NCBI GenBank assembly: GCA_030390025.1
Contig: CM059438.1
Span: forward strand, 61,382,001-61,446,000
DNA length: 64,000 bases
Source of the DNA: Squalus acanthias
Taxonomy: Eukaryota
Direction of reading: 5' to 3'
Numbering within the stretch: position 1 is the stretch's first letter; each line of letters begins with the position of its first letter. The position numbers and the translations under genes were made by a program. The notes below the pieces were generated by a model. It saw nothing but the letters and a program-made list of their open reading frames with translations. It made no database searches and was not told where the DNA came from. Shown in pieces: positions 62,307 to 64,000 of the stretch.

Positions 62307-62655
62307 TAACATTAGGAACAGGAGGAGGCCATTCAGCTCCTCGAGCCTGCTCCACCATTCAGTTACATCATGGCTGATCCATACCTCAACTCCATTTACC
62401 CGCCTTTGCTCCCTATCCCTTTATACCTTGACCTAACAAAAATCTATCAATCTCTTAAATAAAAACAGCAAATGCTGGAAACACTCAGCAGGTCAGGCAG
62501 CATCTGTAGAGAGAGAAACAGAGTCAACGTTTCAGGTCGATGACCCTTCATCAGATCTCTTGTCTTGAAAACTCCAAATGTGCCCGCAACCACAGCCTTT
62601 GGGGGAGAAAGTTCCAGATTTCTGCTAACCTTTGTGTGAAAAAGTGCTTCCTGAT
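62307..62655 (-). mobile_element. CR1 3' fragment containing a ~98-bp Penelope tail (62457-62554)
   Basis: CR1 tail; insert flanked by atctctt repeats and carrying the hammerhead core. Confidence 0.8.
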
Positions 62656-62657
62656 TT

Positions 62658-63762
62658 AAGAACATAAGAAATAGGAGCAGGAGTAGGCCATATGGCCCCT
62701 CGAGCCTGCTCCGCCATTCAATAAGATCATGGCTGATCATCGAACTCAACTCCACTTTCCCACCCGATCTCCATATCCGTTGATTCCCCTAGAGTCCAAA
62801 AATCTATCTGTCTCAGCCTTGAATATTCTCAAAGACTCAGCATTCACAGCCCTCTGGGGCAAAGAATTCCAAAGATTCACAACCCTCTGAGTGAAGAAAT
62901 TCCTCCTCATCTCGGTCTTAAATGGCCTACCCCTTATCCTGAGACTATGCCCCCTAGTTCTAGACACTCCAGCCAGAGGAAACAACCTCTCAGCATCTAT
63001 CCTGTCAATCCCCTTCAGAATCTTGTATGTTTCAATGAGATCACCTCTCAGTCTTCTAAACTCCAGAGAGTATAGGCCCATTCTACACAATCTCTCATCA
63101 TAGGGCAGCCCTCTCATCCCAGGAATCAATCTAGTGAACCTTTGTTACACCGCCTCCAAGGCAAGTATATCCTTCCTTAGATAAGGAGACCAAAACTGTG
63201 CACAGTACTCCAGGTGTGGTCTCACCAAGGCTCTGTACAATTGTAGCAAGACTTCCTTACTCTTATACTCCAACCCCCTTGCAATAAAGGCCAACATGCC
63301 ATTTGCCTTCCTTATTGCTTGCTGTACCTGCATGCTAGCTTTCTGTGTTTCTTGCACGAGGACACCCAAATCTCTCTGAACACCAACATTTGAAAGTTTC
63401 TCACCATTTAAAAATGATTCTGTTTTTCTATTCTTCCTACCAAAGTGAATAACCTCACATTTCCCTACATTATACTCCATCTGCCACATTTCTGCCCACT
63501 CACTTAGTCTATCTATATCCCTTTGCAGACTCGTTGTGTTCTCCTCACAGCTTACTTTCCCACCTAGCTTTGTATCATCAGCAAACTTGGATACATTACG
63601 CTCGGTCCCTTCATCTAGGTCATTAATATAGATTGTAAATAGCTGAGGGCCCAACACTGATCCTTGCGGCATCCCACTAGTTACAGCCTGCCAAACTGAA
63701 AAAGATCTGTTTATCCCTACTCTCTGTTTTCTGTCCGTTAACAAATCCTCTATCCATGCTAC
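62658..63762 (-). mobile_element. CR1 LINE 3' part, young
   Basis: [34 protein letters not shown]; few disruptions. Confidence 0.95.
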
Positions 63763-63764
63763 TA

Positions 63765-64000
63765 CAGTAAACTCTTGTTTAAACGGCACTTAATCATCCG
63801 GAATTCTTTAATAACCGGCAAAATAGATAACCAGTAATCTTGCCGAATCCATCCATTTTTCGTTTTTCTGAGTCCGAGTTTCCCGCAATGGCCGAGTTAG
63901 TCCGTGGTTTTTATTTTTTTTGTGTTAAAAATTGCCTACCTCTCTGTTATCTGGAATTTTTCATCAACCGGCACCATAGGTGCCGGATACGAAAGAGTTT
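63765..64000. mobile_element. Tc1/mariner-superfamily (Tigger/pogo-like) element end, truncated by the window
   Basis: TA|CAGTAAACTC terminus interrupting the CR1; repeated ataaccgg/atccgg subterminal motifs. Confidence 0.6.

Overview
Repeat-saturated vertebrate genomic DNA, most likely a cartilaginous fish (shark): it carries HE1-type V-SINEs, many SacSINE1/Deu-domain-type SINEs, CR1, L2 and RTE LINE fragments, Penelope-like elements (PLEs), PIF/Harbinger DNA transposons with derived MITEs, and a Tigger/pogo-like end. I found no intact host protein-coding gene; almost all long ORFs are decayed transposon fragments or repeat translations. The dominant structure is a ~13.5 kb domain (42354-55833) of a 25-bp satellite. 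It contains three copies of a 229-bp putative solo LTR (CTCF-like site, TATA box, polyA signal) and, interleaved with it, duplicated ~2 kb blocks joined at microhomologies. Other notable signals: seven minimal hammerhead-ribozyme motifs in PLE tails that covary between families; Harbinger elements with an atypical ANT target duplication, two of them inserted at nearly the same position of the Deu-SINE consensus; head-to-head 'twin' retroelement insertions; and a chain of candidate non-coding minus-strand micro-exons. Family names come from my recognition of motifs, not from a database search, and boundaries of decayed repeats are approximate.
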